A stretch of 64,000 nucleotides of DNA, taken from positions 1 to 64,000 of the forward strand of contig MU056270.1 in NCBI GenBank assembly GCA_013239625.1, in the 5' to 3' direction. Origin of the DNA: Lama guanicoe. Taxonomy: Eukaryota. The notes below the pieces were generated by a model that was not told the DNA's origin, ran no database searches, and worked only from the letters and a program-made list of their open reading frames with translations. Shown here piece by piece: positions 60,303-64,000 of the stretch (positions are counted from its first letter, which is position 1; each line of letters starts with the position of its first letter). A program made the translations under genes and the position numbers.

Positions 60303-63300
60303 GTTCCAGTTCAAGATGATGTGAATGAAAAATATTGCTGCCTAACAGTAAACAAAGGATGCTGCAGCCATCAAGCACAACTTCCACCCCAGACAGTGAG
60401 TCAGAGGGAACTCGAGATGGAGACAAGCAGGCTCCCTGCTGACAGGTCCTCAGCTTCTGCAGCCGCGCCTGTGGCGCCCCTGAGACAACTCAAGGTGGGA
60501 AGCTCAGGGTGCTGGTTTGATAGCTAAGGCCCACGTGAAAGGAATGACATCAGTGAGCACAGATTTTGCATCTTCCTGCACATAAAAAGGCACTACAACC
60601 CTTAACTTGAGCTGTCTGGTTTTCCTTAATTAACAGTGAGCGTTGATGTCCCACCACCTGGTCCTTGTTGCAAAACTCCTGTACAGCCTGGATCGCCCCC
60701 TGCTGCCTCAGAGCAGCCTCTCAGAGAGGTCTGAGAGGCCACTTGCGAGGCTTTAAGTCCTCAGAATGTCCGCCAAACAAAACGTAACTCTTCACTTTTA
60801 GGTTGTGATTTTTTTTTCTTTCAGTCAACAATGATTATGTAGAAAGACCCTGAACTCATCTCTTCCTGGAGACACACGGAATCTACAGCTGTATGTGGAA
60901 AAGCCTTCTCTGAAAAAAACCTGAACACTGGCCAAGGGACCCCTCCCTTCACATCAGGCAAACAAGAGGGAGGTCACATGGACATGGATGGGAGAGGCTG
61001 AGACACAGGAGCACCGTCAACCCCACCCCAGCATGGTGACCCGCACTTGGCAGGGAACTCCAAACCCCGAGCTTCTCCCTGAGGAGCAAGAGGTTTATAT
61101 TCCACATTGGGTACCCCAACTTTTAAGACCAGAATCTGAGAGATGAGTCCCCAAAACATCTGGCTTTGAAGACCAGCAAGGCTCATGCCCAGGAGACCTG
61201 TGGGGCTGCGGTGAACTGAGGAACGGCTCTGAGAGGGCTCGTGTGCAGACTCACCTGATCGGGGCCCAGTGCAGAAGCAGCCCTTTGAAAGGTGCCCAGA
61301 CTTACGACTCATCTCCTAATTTTAAAGTGCTGGCCTGAGGGGCGGTGTCCTGCTGGGATTCCCTCCAGAGTTGGGGGCTGGCAGGTGCCATTTCTCTGCT
61401 GTCCCTCTGCCTCGACAAAGTTGGCAGGCACTTTTATCCCCTTTCTTTTTCTTGTCTTCCCCCACCCCTTCTCTTTTTCTTTTTCTTTTTCCTTTTTCTC
61501 CTTTTTTTCAGGGCGTGCCATCTTTGCGCTTCCCCTCTGCCTCACTCCAGCCCATGGGTGCCATCCTTGCTCCCTCCCTCTGCCACCCTCAGAGGGCCAG
61601 ATGCCCAGAGAGGAGGTTCTGCACCAGTCTGGTGCCCCAGCTTTTGCAGCCACCAGCCAGGAGGCACGCACTGACCCCTGGCTCTACAGGCCAGTGGGGC
61701 TTAATTTCCTCAGTCCCGGGAGACTGTGAGACCTGAAGGGATAGCTCTTGGCAGAACACTGCTCCCAGGGAGCTGCACAGACAGCAGGCTGAACACGCCT
61801 CCGTCTTTCTAGGAAAGAGGCCTCGATGCTTGTCCAGAGGCTTTGGCCTGAGGGGCAGGCTTCTGGCTGGCCGCACTTGCCGAGGCCCCCAGAGGTGCTC
61901 CCAGGGAATGGAGGCTGGTGGACACGTCTTCACACTTGGCCTCTGCCTTGCCCCAGATCACCAGTATCTCACAGAAAGGAGCTGAGGCCTTCTTTGGCAC
62001 CCAGATTTTTGCGGCTACTGCCAGGGGACATCTCTGCCTCTCTCGGCTCTGGTGACCAGCCAGGCTCTTGCTGCAGGTCCCACAGAAAAGGTGTTCTTTA
62101 ACAGCCGCCATCCCCAGGGTATGGCAAGAGGCAACAGACCCAGGAGCAAAATCTTTCTGGAAAGAGGCCAATTAGCTACTCATTATACTTGCAGCCTGAG
62201 GGGCTTCTAATCAAACACACATCTAAGGACCAGCGGTAAACCTTTCCTGAGACTCAGAGTGAGGGCATGTCTCAGCCTTCCCTCTGCCGCGCCCCAGAGA
62301 GCCAGCGCCTCTTGCAGGGGAGCTCACACTTGTCTGCCACCTTGGTTTCTGCACCTGCCACTCCAGAGACGCCCCTCGATTGCCTGACTTCGGGGGTCGG
62401 TGGGCTTGCAGTCCGGGGCCCCTCGGGACTGTGACAGTGGCGAGACAGTTCTCAGAAGGCTCCCACACAGGGCACTGCACAGAGGGCAAACCGACACGCA
62501 CACCCGGCTTCCTGTGGAGGAGGCCTGCTTGCCTGTCCCGGAGCCCCAGCCCTAAGGGCAGTCTTCAGGTCTGGCACCTCTGGAGCCAGTGCACGTGCTT
62601 AGGGAGCGCAGGCTGGACGATGCCGCCTCATGCTCTCCCTCTGCCCCACTGCAGCTCGCCAGTAGCTCCCAGAAAGGAGCGTGTACACGCATCTGGAGCC
62701 CTAGCTTGTGGAACTGCTGCCCAGGGAGCTACTCCAGACCGCCTGGCTCTGAGGGCCAACACGGCTTACACTTGCGGCCTGCAGGTCTGTATGTGTTTGT
62801 ATTCTTTAAAAGCTGCCGCCAGAGGGTCTGCCTTCCAACCGCCCTGAATCTACGTGCTGACCGAGAGCCTCCCCTCTGGGGTGCTGACTGGTCTTGGGAC
62901 ACCTTCAGTTACTGGGAGTTATTCAAAATGAAACATGTTGCTGGGACAATCACAAAGCTTCGAGAGACGTCCAAGGGAGTGACTGAGTGATAAGCTCGTC
63001 TCCTGCGCAGGCCAGCCCTTCAGGACTGGGAGGAGTGGCCGCTTCATCTAATGTGTGGAAACTAACAAGAGAGTCACACAAAATGAAGAAGCAGAGAAAT
63101 ATACCCCAAATGAAAGAACAAGGTAAAACATGAGAAAAACACCTTGATGAAACAGAGATAAGTAGTACACTTGGTAGAGAATTCAAAGTAATGGTTAAAA
63201 AAAAAAAACTCACCAAACTTGGGAGAAGAATGGATGAACACAACGGGAACTTCAGCAAAGAGACAGAAAATATAAGAAAGGTCCAAATAGAAGCCACAGA

Positions 63301-63681
63301 GCTGAAGTTACAATAACTAAACTAAAAACACCCAGAGGGGTTCAACAACAGACTAGATGAAGCAGAAGAAAGAGTCAGTGGACCCAAAGACACCGCAGTT
63401 TACTCACCAATCAGAGCAGCAGAAAGGAAAAAAAAATGGGTGGGGGGAGCAAAGAAAGCTTAAGGGACGTGTGGACACCACCAAGCAGACTGCCATTTGT
63501 GTTACAGAAGTACCGGGACGACAAGAGGGAGAAAAGGGCAGAAAACTTCTTTACAGAAATAATGGCTGAAAACATTCCTAGCCTTGGGAAAGAAAACGAA
63601 ATCCAGATCCAGGAATCCCAGAGAGCTCCAGGAGACGAACCGAAGGAGACCTACACCAAGCACGTCATAATCAAAACTGTT
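60303..63681 (+). mobile_element. L1 5' UTR (long, with internal repeats) plus degenerate ORF1; ORF2 and 3' end absent; inserted in a MIR
   Basis: Removing the LTR gives GTTCCAGTTCAAGATGATTATGTAGAAAGACCCTGAACTCATCTC (L1 5' start); ORF1 remnants from ~63083 (MKKQRNIPQMKEQ...EFKVMV; EIMAENIPSLGKENEIQIQESQRAP...KHVIIK); MIR halves at 60260-60302 and 63682-63790. Confidence 0.85.
60320..60830 (+). mobile_element. ERV1-class solo LTR (same family), inserted in the first bases of an L1 5' UTR
   Basis: TGTGAA...CAGTCAACA ends; 4-bp TSD ATGA (60316-60319, 60831-60834). Confidence 0.88.
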
Positions 63682-64000
63682 GAAATCTGAGGCTCAGAGA
63701 AGTGAAGCAGCCCACATTGCAAGGTCAGGCGACCAGTTAATATCAGAGCCAGAGCCAGAATCCAAGCCTTCTCATTTCGAGCTGAGAAGTACTCACCTCC
63801 ACCACACTCCCTAGAAAAGCTTGCCCTCCACATCGCCTGGGCATTTGAGGTTCCTGACTCACCACTGCTGCCCAGAAGCGGAGGCGAAGTGACGCAGCGA
63901 GCAGACACGTTGCAGGTCAGGGTTTGCAGTGCTGGGGACTCTCAGTGGGAATGACTTCTCTGCGTACCTCGAGTCTGACTCTCATCATTTCAGCATCCAG

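Noticed and set aside
59661-60830. Single provirus with 5' and 3' LTRs and a deleted interior
   Set aside because: Each LTR has its own TSD, and the spacer contains MIR and L1 5' sequence with no PBS or PPT seen.
1-64000. CRISPR array, operon or other prokaryote-type system
   Set aside because: The sequence is mammalian and repeat-rich; there is no repeat-spacer array and no gene-dense coding region.

Overview
Mammalian genomic DNA, most likely camelid (alpaca/llama/camel), inferred from short tRNA-derived SINEs and young L1 3' ends. I found no intact protein-coding gene. The window is mostly transposable-element debris: L1, L2, MIR, MaLR/ERVL/ERV1 solo LTRs, and Tigger/MER DNA transposons. 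The main structure is at about 10.3-12.5 kb. A lone SPIDR (KIAA0146) coding exon with an open frame has GA in place of its GT donor. It is followed by a Tigger1 cut off abruptly by a ~780-bp single-orientation degenerate (TAACCC)n telomere-like array, and unrelated L2-derived sequence begins on the other side. This looks like a fossil chromosome end or rearrangement junction with a duplicated SPIDR gene fragment joined to it. Other notable items: an LTR flanked by ~135-bp direct repeats, a 5'-inverted young L1 with a large internal deletion, two 5'-intact but 3'-truncated L1s (one with a solo LTR in its YY1 motif), and N-runs that match the missing L1 codons exactly. Repeat family names come from recalled consensus sequences, not a database search. 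I found no convincing evidence of a novel multi-gene system.
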